A DNA stretch of 64,000 bases from the human T2T-CHM13v2.0 reference genome, Homo sapiens: the NCBI RefSeq assembly GCF_009914755.1, contig NC_060925.1. One strand, given 5' to 3'. The position numbers and the translations under genes are program-made. The notes below the pieces were generated by a model. That model was not told the DNA's origin, ran no database searches, and saw only the letters and a list, made by a program, of their open reading frames with translations. This document shows, one piece after another, positions 46,670 through 59,121 of this stretch (its first letter is position 1; each line of letters starts with the position of its first letter).

Positions 46670-48194
46670 TTACATCAAAACTGCTGGGTTTTTTTTTAAG
46701 GTAGGAGGATAAAGAGCTTATTTCTCTTGAAGCTTCACTCTTTTCTTTTAGCTTCATTTGTTACTTTTTTTAAAAAGTTTATTTAGCTTTATTATCCCAT
46801 TTGTTCGCAAGCTTTCAAATTGAATTTTGCACTTTCACAAATATTTTTTCCAATAAAAGGTCGTGTTTCAAAAATTTATCGAAGTGAAAGACTAGATTAT
46901 TTTTCAGTGTTAATGCATTACATAGAAATATTTTTTATCTTCCTTTGGTAATGATTATTAACTTCCTTTTTCCAGATTTTGACAGTTTTTAAAAAATTTT
47001 GTAGAACAGAATTAGTCCCAGTAAATGGCTATAGAAATTCTGGAAAACATCTAGGAATAATTTTTCTAAATGCATCTAAAATTTTACTGATGTTTGAAAA
47101 TGCCTTTATTGCCATCTTCTCTCTCACACCATAATAGCAACACTGTATTTCTGTACCAATTTTCAGTCTACAAAAAGTTTCTACATGGTTACTTACTTGA
47201 AAATGTATGAAGTCAATGAAGAAGCTTTTTAAGACTGGAGTTGTTTCACAAATCTGTTGCCCTAGGTTGTTTTTCAAGTTTGATGGTCTGTGTCTTATAC
47301 TTACCACTATTTTTCCCTTCTCTCTAATTACTGACATAGAACTCCTACCTAATAAATACTTAAGTTTTGTCCAGTGAGATGTAGAACAGATATCTTAAAA
47401 TTCAAAATGTGAGTAAGTAGCTATTAGTCATTTATCTGGCTCAAGAAACTTACTGAATTTAAAAGAATTTAAAGTTTATTAGATTGAAATGTAATCTAAG
47501 AAAATTTTGCACAGTTTATAGAGGATGGCAAATTTTTTGTGACTACTGTAAAATTATAATACAATATTTATTAAAGCTAGTTTTTACTTTGCTAAAAGGG
47601 TAGACTTAGCCAGTGAAGCCATGAGGTAGTTCTGACATTCTGTAAATTGACATATCATATAATGCCTTCATTTTTGTAGGAAAGCTAATGCTATTATACT
47701 GGTTTTTGTTTTCATGAGGAGCTAGAACCAGAGCAGCCCTTCCATTACATTGACATATATTTACTAAGGTTTTGTTATAGGCCAGTTACTGTGCTAGTTG
47801 CTGGGATTATAAAAATAAGATACTGTTCTTGCCCTCAAGAAGCTCAGTCTAATGTCAGATACATCCACAAAACAGATGATTATAAAACATTTCAAACAGA
47901 ACCATAATAAAGATATGCCAAGGATGCTATGGAAACATAGATAAGGGGGGACCTAACCTAGCTTTACCTAGGAAAACTAAAAGGAAATATGAACAGCTTC
48001 AGGAGACAGCGTCATCTGAGGCTGAATCTTAACAGGTGAGTGGGAGTTAGTCTCACGTGAAGGGTAAGGAAAAGTATGCTGGGGATGGAATGATCAAAGG
48101 AATGGGATAAGAAACAGTGTCTTTGCATGGCGAACGATGAGTCATTTGGTGTTATTGGGACATCATACGGCACTAGAGAAGACATTGTTTTTCT

Positions 48195-48485
48195 TTTTCT
48201 TGGAGACGGAATCTCACTCTGTTTCCCAGTTTGGAGGGCAATGGCACAATCTCAGCTCACTGCAACCTCCGCCGCCTGGGGTTCAAGCAATTCTTCTGCC
48301 TCAGCCTCCCGAGTAGCTGGGATTACAGGTGCCCGCCATCATGCCCGGCTAATTTTTGTATTTTTAGTAGAGATGGGGTTTCACCATATTGGCCAGGCTG
48401 ATCTTGAACTCCTGACCTCAGATGATTCACCAGCTTTGGCCTCCCAAAGTGCTAGGATTACAGGCGTGAGCCACCGCACTCACTG
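48195..48485 (-). mobile_element. Alu (Sq-like)
   Basis: Full dimer; TSD ATTGTTTTTCT. Confidence 0.93.
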
Positions 48486-49014
48486 ACAGATTGTTTTTCT
48501 AAAAATGCAGTGTGTTGCCTGAGCCTAATAATTTAGTGTGTTTGAAAAATAGAGCATTTTAAGATGTCATTAAAATTATTAGAAAAAATTAGAAGAAAAC
48601 ATTTTTTAGAAAAAATGCCTTTTATGATGAAAAATTTGTAAATAGAAATGGCATGTCACTTACAAAAGGCCTGTTTTGGGCAACTTCATCTACATAGGCA
48701 GCCAGTATAGATATTACAAATTACATGTCTTTTGATCAGGGTGAAAATTCTTCTGGGTGATTTTATTTTAATACTGAACATATCTGTTCTTAATGAATCA
48801 GCATCTCTATTATAATGTGGTGCTTTGACGATGTTGTAAGCAGCTGGCACTCAGACTAGCCTTCACTGCTTTTTAAAGATGCCTCTGCTTTTTATATTGC
48901 TGTCAGTTTCTAGGTGCTACCAATAGCAATGTGATTCACCCAATAAGCTCCCTTTCTGTTCCTTTCTATTTTGGTGCCATTGGGAAATGGTAGTTATTTC
49001 ATTTACTACTTTTC

Positions 49015-49145
49015 TTTCATCCACTAGACTGTAAGCTTCAGAAGGACAGGAATACCGTGTCTGCCGTAATCTCTATTATATTCCAGTTCTGAGCACAGTG
49101 CCCAACACAAGTGTTCAGTAAATATTTGTCACATGAATGAATGCA
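49015..49145 (+). mobile_element. L2 3'-end relic
   Basis: CTAGACTGTAAGCTTC...GCACAGTGCCCAACACA...TCAGTAAATATTTG...ATGAATGAATG. Confidence 0.7.
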
Positions 49146-49939
49146 GTATAGTTTGTAGCCTAAATAATTAAACATCTTCATAAAAAGAAAAAGTCTGGTT
49201 AATCATTTATCTATTCAATATATGCATTTTATATTATCAAATAACTGGAATATAATTAATAACCTACAGTAGATTTATCATTATAAATGCCTCTTGTATT
49301 ATTCAATTATTTTTAAAATTTTAGTCAGTAGAATACTAAACAGTTTTTATTAAATTTCAGACAGACTCCGCAATATTAAGCTTCGTGTATTACACCAAAG
49401 CATTTTCTACAACTACTTTAGTGTCCTGTTTTCTGAAATAGCTTCCACTGATAGAAATCATAATCTCTTTCACTGTGAAACTCAGAACTGGATATATTAT
49501 CCTAAATGAAACTTAAGTACCATATAATAAACTCTGACTTAGGACAGGGACTTACTAGGAATTTTGCAAACAACATTTTTATTTGTATAGATCTTTCTGC
49601 TGAAGAGTTCTGTCAGCTGGTTTGTTAGATGGTTAGTTTTAAATAAGGTGTTTTTAGAAATAATTTGCATAATATATTTAATAATACATATGAAAGTTTC
49701 TGAATTTAAATGTAAAGTATCAGTGTAAGCTCTAAGTTGAATCATCATTTAGTCATTCATCAAATATCTTTAAATGTGTTCCATGGTTTGGCAACTTTGG
49801 GGTAATTGGGGAGATTTTTGTGTTTTTAAATACAACTTTTTAATGTATTTTCCCTTCCTAATATTTCCTAAAATAACCATAAGATCAGCTTTGTATGAAA
49901 GAGATAAGAGACTTAACATCTTAATTAAAAATTGCCCTT

Positions 49940-50052
49940 GGCCAGGCTTGGTGGCTCATGCCTGTAATCCCAGCACTTTGGGAGGCCAAGATGGAAGGAT
50001 CGCTTGAGCCCAGGAGTTTGAGGCTTAAGTGAGATTCCCTGTCTCTTAAAAA
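49940..50052 (+). mobile_element. Alu monomer (FLAM-like)
   Basis: Left-arm consensus with short A tail. Confidence 0.8.
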
Positions 50053-50200
50053 GAAGAAGATTGCTCTTGAAGAAAAGTATATAGGTCAGATTATTTCATA
50101 AAAATGTTTTTAGTTTTTTTGTGAGAAAATACACAACTTTAATCTTATTTTGTCAAATGTTAATTAATCATTGTATGTATTTTGTCTTTTTAAAATTCAG

Positions 50201-50268
50201 GCTTTCATTAAAGATAGAACCAGGGACAAGCACCCCACGTTCTGCTGCTTCCAGAGAAGATTTAGTAG
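50201..50268 (+). CDS. RALGPS2: RALGPS2 exon (~11): LSLKIEPGTSTPRSAASREDLV
   Basis: TTCAG acceptor, GTCAGT donor, 68 nt; 'LSLKIEP' is the typical end of a RasGEF domain. Confidence 0.94.
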
Positions 50269-50438
50269 GTCAGTACGTAGTTTTCTCTTGTTACCAAATC
50301 TAAATCAGATAACCTAATAAGGAAGAATATACTCCAAAGTAAATAAAAACTTAGTACATCTTATACTGCATGTAAAATTTATTTTGATATTAAAATCTGT
50401 CCTTTCTGGGTTTTTTGGTTTTTAATTTAAAAGTTGCT

Positions 50439-50750
<312 letters not shown>

Positions 50751-51813
50751 TCAGTAGTGTACAAACAAGTATGCTACCTAATCAAGGAAAATAGATAGAT
50801 GCAACAGATGGAAAATAATAGATAAGTAGTTATGAATATTCATTTTTGATTAAGAATGCACTGTCCTAGGCAATGAAGGTTGATTACACTAGAAATTTCT
50901 GTGGTCTAATGGGAAAGTCTACTAATTTGAATAATTATAGAAGTCAATTTTAGTGACGTAATTTTTTCAAATGTTCACTTTAATACTAGACCAAGTATTA
51001 AAAATGTAAAAATCATAGTTCCTTACTTTACCTGTTACATTGTAATGGGGATATTATGCATATACCACAAATAATTTTTTAAAAAACATAAAATTATCAT
51101 TATTTAAGAAATCCCTGATAAGTACCTTTTTTAAAATTCCCAATATAGGCCTTCGCACTAAGTTTCATGTATATTCTAAAAATATTTGATGGCTAATCTG
51201 ATAAGATGTGAAGAAGTGGAGAAACAAACCATGACAATGTCTATGGGGAAGAATATTCCAAGCAGAAAAAACATTGCAGTTTAAATTTCTTAAATTTGCT
51301 TTTCTTTTTATTCTTAAAGTGCTGTTTTGCACTTTTATAATATTCTTTTATTTATTCCCATAAGCCTGAACAGTGTCAGTGTAGATTTAATTTCTGATTT
51401 GAGTGTTTGACCTACCCTACACATTCTTTATCTAAGAGGAAGTTGAAACTAGGAGTAAAGAAGTAATGTATAAAATTAAAAGAGCACTGAACCTAGGACT
51501 CAGAAGACCTGTGTGTTTAGTCCAGATTTTGTCTGTGATGTGAAAGCTAGTCTCTTCTAATTCTACTTCTTCCTATGTAAATGGAGAAAATATTTACACT
51601 GCCTCTACTTAGTATAAGTAAGATAAAAATTAATGGATTTTGTATGGTTTGGGATTTTGTGTTTTAGGACTTAGATATATTTCTCATCTTCAAGCCAATT
51701 AAATAGAACTAACATCAGTACTATCTCAAAATTTGAACCACATTTAATATTTTCTTTCAAGGGACTGAAAAATAAAGTAATCATTTGAAAATCTCTTTAA
51801 ATTTAACCCTTAG

Positions 51814-51949
51814 GTCCTGAAGTAGGAGCGTCTCCACAGAGTGGACGAAAAAGTGTGGCAGCTGAAGGAGCCTTGCTCCCACAGACACCGCCATCCCCTC
51901 GGAATCTGATTCCACATGGACATAGGAAGTGCCATAGTTTGGGTTATAA
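51814..51949 (+). CDS. RALGPS2: RALGPS2 exon (~12) with PxxP SH3-binding motif: GPEVGASPQSGRKSVAAEGALLPQTPPSPRNLIPHGHRKCHSLGYN
   Basis: CCCTTAG acceptor, GTCAGC donor, 136 nt, in frame. Confidence 0.94.
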
Positions 51950-52706
51950 GTCAGCATTTTTAATTTTATCTTTCAAATTTTTAAGTCTTTTGTAATTGGA
52001 TTTATTGTCGATTTATTAGTTCAGTAGAAAATGGTATCCTTGAATAGTTTTCTTTTTTCTTAATAGCTGTTTTCTGATTCAGTAAAATGCCTTGTTTGCC
52101 TAAAAGCTTTTATTTCTTACTTTACCTGAATTTGGAAATGGGATTTTGTCAACAATGCATTTATATTTGGGGACGATAAATGAACATTACAGAGGGCCAT
52201 CATAAATAAAATCAGGATAGCAATATACCTTTTTAAAAGAGTTACAACCTTTATATCAAGACAGTCATTGTTTGTCTTAACCAAAATAAGTCAAAAATAA
52301 CAGCTATAAAAATTATTTTCTTTATTCCTAAATATAAAGAAAACTGACTTTTTGTTTAACTTCATTAGTTTTGCAGTATTGTTTTTTCAAAATGGGGACA
52401 CATGTTCACTTTTGCCATGATTTCTCTGGAAATGTAATAACTGTTCTCCAAAAGTGAATGTGGAAACAATTTTTTAAACGGACACGAGGCTTAAAATGAA
52501 ATTATTTTAAAGTATGCTCTAATTATATAGATAGATAGGGCCAGGTTTCCTAAAACATTTTCCCTAAACTGTTCATTTGAGGCTTTTATGGTAAGATCTG
52601 AGTATGACAGTTAGGTAAATCTTTTATGTCCTAAATCTTTATATAAAGAGCAGTTTTTAAATTAGTAACAATAATAAAAGATATGAACTTTTTTTTCTGT
52701 TTCTAG

Positions 52707-52858
52707 TTTCATTCATAAAATGAACACAGCAGAATTTAAGAGTGCAACGTTTCCAAATGCAGGACCAAGACATCTGTTAGATGATAGCGTCATGGAGCCC
52801 CATGCGCCATCTCGAGGCCAAGCTGAAAGTTCTACTCTTTCTAGTGGAATATCAATAG
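52707..52858 (+). CDS. RALGPS2: RALGPS2 exon (~13): FIHKMNTAEFKSATFPNAGPRHLLDDSVMEPHAPSRGQAESSTLSSGISI
   Basis: Strong T-tract TTCTAG acceptor, GTGAGA donor, 152 nt, in frame. Confidence 0.94.
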
Positions 52859-53079
52859 GTGAGAAATACTTCTCTGAGAGGGTTGCAATTTAACTTTAAA
52901 TAAAAATGTTAATAAAACTTGGCTGGAAAAAAACCCCACCCACACACAGAGAAAATTTGGTTAAAAAAACAAAGTAGCAGTTAAATATGGGATGAAGTTA
53001 ATAATTTGTGATGGTTTTAAAAGTGCTTGCTGTTTTTAACTCCAGAAGGGGAAGCATTTGAAGAAGGTGGAAAAAGAAC

Positions 53080-53820
53080 ATATGGGCTGGTTGAATTAGT
53101 TAACTGCATGTGATTTGGATATGGGGAGGAGGAAGAGTGTGGAGTCAAGAATGACTTCCGGTTATTTGGGTTAAACAAGTATAATAGTTAGATGATGATG
53201 CTATTACCAAGGTAGAGAAGACAGAGTAATAATCTGTGGGCAGTGAAGCGTTTGTGAATTTGGGGAATCAGGTGTGTTTTGGACATGTTTAGTCCCTATG
53301 GAGATGTCAGGTAGGTTGTTGAATATGTGAATCTGGAGCTCGGGGATAAGGTCAGATCTGAAGATATACGAGAGGTAGCATATTTATAAGCCATGATTGG
53401 TTGAGGGTACCTAAAGAGAGAGTGTACATAAATAAAAAAACATTCTCACATTTAGAAGTCTGATTATTTTTTAAAAGAAGGATGAGTCATCAAAGGAAAC
53501 TAAAAAGGAGAGATCAGTGAAGTAAGGGGAAAAAAACAAAAGCCCAGTAGATGAAGTATCTCAAGGAGGAGGAAAGTACTGAATGTGTGAATATCAAATG
53601 CAGAACAAGAGAGCTAAGATGAGAATGGGGAATTGACTGGGGGATTTGGCAAGATAAAAGTCATTGGTGACCTTGATAAGAGTTGCTTCATGGAAGTGTC
53701 AGGGCATGGCCTGGATTGGAGTAGATTTGAAAATGAGAGGTGAGGAAACAGAGATAGCTACTGTGAAGGAGAGCAGAAAATAGAGACCATATTAGAAAGG
53801 GATGTGAGATTAAGAGAGGG
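53080..53820 (-). mobile_element. L2 relic
   Basis: Purine-rich L2-like motifs (GGAGTCAAGAATGACTTCC, TTTGGACATGTT, GTCATTGGTGACCTTGA); approximate. Confidence 0.6.
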
Positions 53821-53908
53821 ATTTGTTTGTTTTTACTTCCTAAACTTTTAATTTTTGAGTCTTCTAGATGAGCATTATTTCTTGTTACAATTAGAAATTA
53901 TTCATATA

Positions 53909-54202
53909 GCCTGGGCAGTGTGGCTCACACCTGTAATCCCAGCACTTTGGGAGGCCCAGATGGGCAGATCTCTTGAGGTCAGGAGTTCAAAATGAGCCTG
54001 GCCAACATGGCAAAACCCCATCTCTACTAAAAATACAAAAAGTAGCAGGGCGTGGTGGTGCATGCCTGTAATCCCAGCTACTTAGGAGGCTGAGGCATAG
54101 GAATCATTTGAACCCAGGAAACAGAGGTTGCAGCGAGCCATGTTCGCAGCACTGCACTACCCTGCCTGGATCACAGAGCGAGATTCTGTCTCAAAAAAAG
54201 AA
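53909..54202 (+). mobile_element. Alu (S-type)
   Basis: Full dimer; TSD AGAAATT(A/G)TTCATATA. Confidence 0.93.
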
Positions 54203-56379
54203 AGAAATTGTTCATATAATAGCTACTTTTATTTTTAAAAAGAAATAAAGGAGGAATATGTCTTCATCTATGATTAACTACCAGATTGTTCAAGGACTAA
54301 GCCTATTGTTACTAATATCTTAATATTGGTAAACAGCCAGTAGAAGGAGATGCAAAAGGAGATTGATTTTCTGGAACATACTGACTTTCTTAGCCCTTGA
54401 GAGTTAAAATTAAATTATTTCAGAGCTCTCCATTACCATTCAGTAGTTGTTTATTCTGATAGTCCCCTTTTTATATAAAAATACAAGTGATTAAATGATA
54501 AAATGTTTTAAAAAGAAGGCAAGTTTGTCACCTGAAATACCTCTTATCAATGTTCTAAGTTGCCTATATGCAAATACTAATCTCAGTATGAAGAATAATT
54601 TTGCAAAGGAAAGAACTTTTTTTCAGTCAAAAATTTTCTACACGTCCATGGAATTTGGCATGCCACTTAAAGCAAAAAGTTTTTAAAATTACAGCTCTCA
54701 AGTATATAATATTTTACTCTTTCTCATAAGTGTTATAATGAGAATTATTCTGTAGTTTATAGCTTTTACTTTTCATGGATGTCCTTTTGGCTACCAAAAG
54801 ATTATTGTTTAGTTATTTTATTGAGTTACAGTTAGTGTCTCAGTGTGGAGACTTTTCTCTTTTAGAGCAGATTTTTGCATTTGTGTTTATTTTTTAATTA
54901 TTCTAAGGCTAAGTAAGTAAACAGTAAAAGATCATTGCATCCTAGTTTGTAAACTAAGAACATTACACATAGGCATTTACCTTCGAGGATTTTTGTTTTA
55001 AAGCTTTAACAATATGAAAAAAAGAATAAGTCTATTACCATAAGATGATAGGTGTTAATATACACACACGAGTTTTTCCCTCAGCTTTAACTTTTACATG
55101 CAATATTAATCTACAGTGAAGGCTTTGAAAATACTGTGGGAAAATTAACCAGTGCTTAGAACAATGGCCTTAAACATTTTCTAATGTGGTATCTATCCTA
55201 GATAATCTTGAGTAGTCTCACCTAGCTAACTAAGAGAAGCATATTCACTCTGAGCTTCATGCTTACATTTTCTACAAATAAGTTATCCTAATTATGCTTA
55301 AATTTTCAGTCTTTACCACATAGTGCCACAAATCAAAGGATAATGTAGATAATGTACAAGACCCCACCACCACCACGGGTTACCTCTGGTTCTTCTGAAC
55401 CATACAATACAGAAAATTATTTCAGTGATTGTTATCTCAGTTTATCCAAGGATGGTACATAACTAGTGCCATTGCAAACCCGTAGAAGGGTATTAATCCA
55501 TCGTCTCTAAGAGAGACGAGTCTAATGGATACCTTACAGCATCCATTACAGGTGTCTGATGGATACCTTACAGCATTAGAATTTGAGTCTCTCAGAACCC
55601 TGCCCGTAAAAAAGAGTTTGAGTCTCTCTTCTTAGAACCCTGTCTGATAGACAATTTAACTTGACCTATTAATCATCCTAATTTTTTTGAGAGCCAGAAT
55701 TACCTTTAAAGTAACATTTAAGTAAACTAAGCTGTTTTGGACTCTCTAAATTCATTCCCCATAGTTTTTTTGTTGGTTTTTTTTCCCCCTAGCTAATTGT
55801 AAACGTTCTGTTTGAAGACCATTTTATTTTAACTGATCTTTTGGCCAAAGAGAAAATTGTTGCATTTTTATAGCACCGGTTTTTGGTTTTTTAAATTTAG
55901 AGATTCCATCTTCTTTGTCTCTAGAGACAAATAAGTGGATTTCATTAGGCTTTTTATACTTAGGGTAGTAATGGACTTTAATACAAAGAGAAAGGAGTAT
56001 GCCATGAATCGTCAAGGATTTTATAATTATATTGGTCCTAAATTATGACAAACCTAATAAGAAATTTTGTGTTATTTTATGTTCTCTAATGGTAGGAAAA
56101 ATTGTTTATTGACATAATGAATTTCAGCTACAAATAGGCAAGCAAAAATGTTTTATGCTATTTTGTTATTTTAGGTTGTCGTGTCAACTGTATTCCAATA
56201 TATTGCAAAATAAACCTAACAGCAGTAATATTAGAATAAAGAATTAATATGTGGATATGTTCATCTACAATGCGATTGTCATTTTATGAGCATAGTTAAT
56301 TAATTTATTTTTACATTGTGAAATGCAAACTAGAGAGGTAATTCTGATGTTTAAAAAATAGGATAACTTTTCATTTTAG

Positions 56380-56434
56380 GTAGCAGCGATGGTTCTGAAC
56401 TAAGTGAAGAGACCTCATGGCCTGCTTTTGAAAG
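56380..56434 (+). CDS. RALGPS2: RALGPS2 exon (~14): GSSDGSELSEETSWPAFER
   Basis: TTTTAG acceptor, AG|GTAAGA donor, 55 nt, in frame. Confidence 0.92.
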
Positions 56435-58136
56435 GTAAGATAAATTGTCCATTTGAACTACTTGGAGTTTATTTTGTCTGGGTTAAATAATATAATACAA
56501 ATTTTCAGAGATAATATTTACTACATATCCCTAAGCGATTAAGTTTTCTACTGGTAAAAGAAATTAGAAGTTGATATTTAAGTTTGGATATGTAAGTAAT
56601 GAGAATGAATGATAGTCTTATCTCTAAATGTTTATTTGGTGGCATGACACATGTATTTGAATTTTAATACATTTACATTTATAACTTAAAAATAATAACC
56701 GATCATCGACAAGTAACCTACTTACATATTCAAAAAATTATTTCCTTAAGTTCTGGTTCATTTAAGTAATTTTAAGGCATTTAGTGGAATGGTCAACTTT
56801 ATTCTCTGCTGCTTTGTCAAGGACAAAATGATTTAATAAATTTTAAATTATACAAGTAAAGCAAGTTAAGGTTAGAATTTAAATGGTCATAAACTCAAAA
56901 TTTTCAGAGTACACTTTTATACTGAAATACTCTAAGTTGTGCTCCCTTCTCCTTCCTTTGTTGCTTTAAGCTGTTAAATCTGTCATCTGCCTGTAGCAAA
57001 TATCATACTATATTGAGGTCTAAGTACATATAAGATCTGAAGAATGTGACCAAACAATGCAAATAATTATTTATTAAATGTCCATTAGGATTCTTATGTT
57101 TTCACTGACCATTTCAGTTCTGCCATTTCAGACTCATAAGGTATTTGGCTTTTGACCAAAACAATTGCTCCCTTTTTTGTATATGAACTAAGTAACTAAA
57201 TTTCTAAAAATGCCTATATTCATTACTCAAGCGGGTCATTTAGATTGAATGTTAAATGTCATATTAATACTGAAGTTGAAAATGTGTAATTGCATAACTC
57301 CTTATCAGTCACAATTTATAAAACAATTTTAAATTAAATTTTATTTGAAATCATAAATTTCATGCTGTTTAATTGGAAAAATAGATCCTTATTTTTTATG
57401 TGACTTCATAAAGATTTCTCACTATTATGTGATTAAGATTTTGTTTATAAGTTCTACATTGCAAAGTACTTTTGATCCTTTCTACTCTAATTATCAGTGT
57501 TCCCAACTTTTGTTCTCTTTGTTTTGCGGGATAATAATAAGTAAAAACAAATTATTTTTATTTATTTTTGCATTATTTTTCTTGCAACCTTTACTTCTGA
57601 TCTGTTCATTTGGGTTTGCCTGAAATGTGAAAAACACAAGAATTGCCTTTGACATGTTGTCTGAATTTGTTCAAATTGTCTTTCCCTCTAGAAAGAACGT
57701 AAAACCATGAGAAGTTGATTATAGAGTGTACTGTAATCTTTATATTTAAAAAATATTGATTAACCAAATTGTTTTTTAGATTGCTTGACTTATGACTAAC
57801 CAGAATGGTGGTGTGTTAAATAATCTGTTCTCATCCCAGCAGGTTACTTATGAAGACAGTATTTAATGATGTTACCTTCACGTCTCAAAACAATTTTTTT
57901 GCTTTATAACAGGTGTTTTGCTTTGCAGACATGTGTGGCTAAAAAAAGCTACTTTTCTTATGCCAAGTTTAAAATAGTGGGCTCTTAGAACATTTTGAGA
58001 ACAGTGAAATGAATGCTGCCCAGCAAGATTCAGACATGAAATAATAGAAAGTGAATAAAGAACTAGGATATAAAGTACTACTCATGGATAGTGAACTTGA
58101 AAAATGTACTCTGAATGTTGACATACCATTTTCTGT

Positions 58137-58235
58137 TCTTATTTTCTAGACAGACATCAAATACATTGTCTTATTTTCTAGACAGAAATCAAATACATTG
58201 TTGTCTTTTTTTCTAGACAGACATCAAATACATTG
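58137..58235. repeat. Three tandem ~32-bp units TCTTATTTTCTAGACAGACATCAAATACATTG
   Basis: Three near-identical adjacent copies. Confidence 0.92.
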
Positions 58236-58967
58236 TTTAAGTTGCTAAAATAATGCTTTTCCTTTAAAACATCATTTATCAACAGTGCTTTCGGGTTTTC
58301 CTAGGCAAAGAAGTATCAGTATTTTTATGTGTCTGTTTTTATTTTTTTTGTTTTTAACTATTATGTGCCATTTTGGATAAGTATTAACTCATCATTTTTA
58401 TCATTTATTGGCTTTGTCAGTTAATGTAGAAATAATATAACGCCTATATTACTCAGTTCATTTCTTTTATTTACTATAAAGGATAAAGAGGAAAATAAAG
58501 TTTTCCTCATGAGTTTACAAGCCACATTGCTTTTAGGTGTCTTCATAGGGACATATAATAAAAATGAATTACTTATATAAATCCGGGCATCATATTTAAA
58601 CTAGAATCCAAGAAGTGGTATAGAAACGTAAGAATTTTTGAAGTATTTTTGAGGTTTTTTTTTTATTATTTGGCTATAAATAGCTCTTTAATTCTTTTAG
58701 CAGATTTGTGAAAGTGAATGTATATGTAAATATATGGTGTGTACTAAATACCTCTAAGTATTTCTAGAGTCAATAGTAGAAGAAAAAATTTTTTGAAATC
58801 TATGCTGCATGCTTTAAAAAAGAAAGAGGAACAATCACATACTATCCTTTTGTAAGATTTAGAAAGCTATATTACAAGAAGAAACTATTATACTGTTCTA
58901 GGTATTGATAATGACTGTGTGAATAAAAGTATATGTAATATATACAATTTATAATGGAATCCAACAG

Positions 58968-59045
58968 GAACAGATTATACCATTCTCTCGGCCCGGTGAC
59001 AAGAGTGGCACGAAATGGCTATCGAAGTCACATGAAGGCCAGCAG
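58968..59045 (+). CDS. RALGPS2: RALGPS2 78-nt frame-preserving cassette exon (~15): NRLYHSLGPVTRVARNGYRSHMKASS
   Basis: CAACAG acceptor with poor pyrimidine tract, CAG|GTACAA donor; phase 2-2; open frame in otherwise AT-rich DNA. Confidence 0.88.
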
Positions 59046-59085
59046 GTACAATTCCCCTGCATTCAGGGGTCACAGAACTCCCTTA

Positions 59086-59121
59086 TGGTGTTGGTGATTG
59101 GCTTACATGGGTGTGGTCTGA
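59086..59121 (+). promoter_or_regulatory. UGG-rich intronic splicing element (ESRP1/2-type)
   Basis: TGGTGTTGGTGATTGG...TGGGTGTGG 40-75 nt downstream of the cassette exon. Confidence 0.65.

Noticed and set aside
56380-56387. Tandem alternative acceptors TAG|GTAG|CAG
   Set aside because: The +4 and +7 sites would frameshift, and nothing suggests they are used.
57890-57980. Acceptor-like sites (ATAACAG, TTTGCAG) as an extra RALGPS2 exon
   Set aside because: No convincing donor or open coding frame follows.
58137-58235. CRISPR-like repeat array
   Set aside because: The units are directly tandem without unique spacers, the context is eukaryotic, and there are no cas genes.
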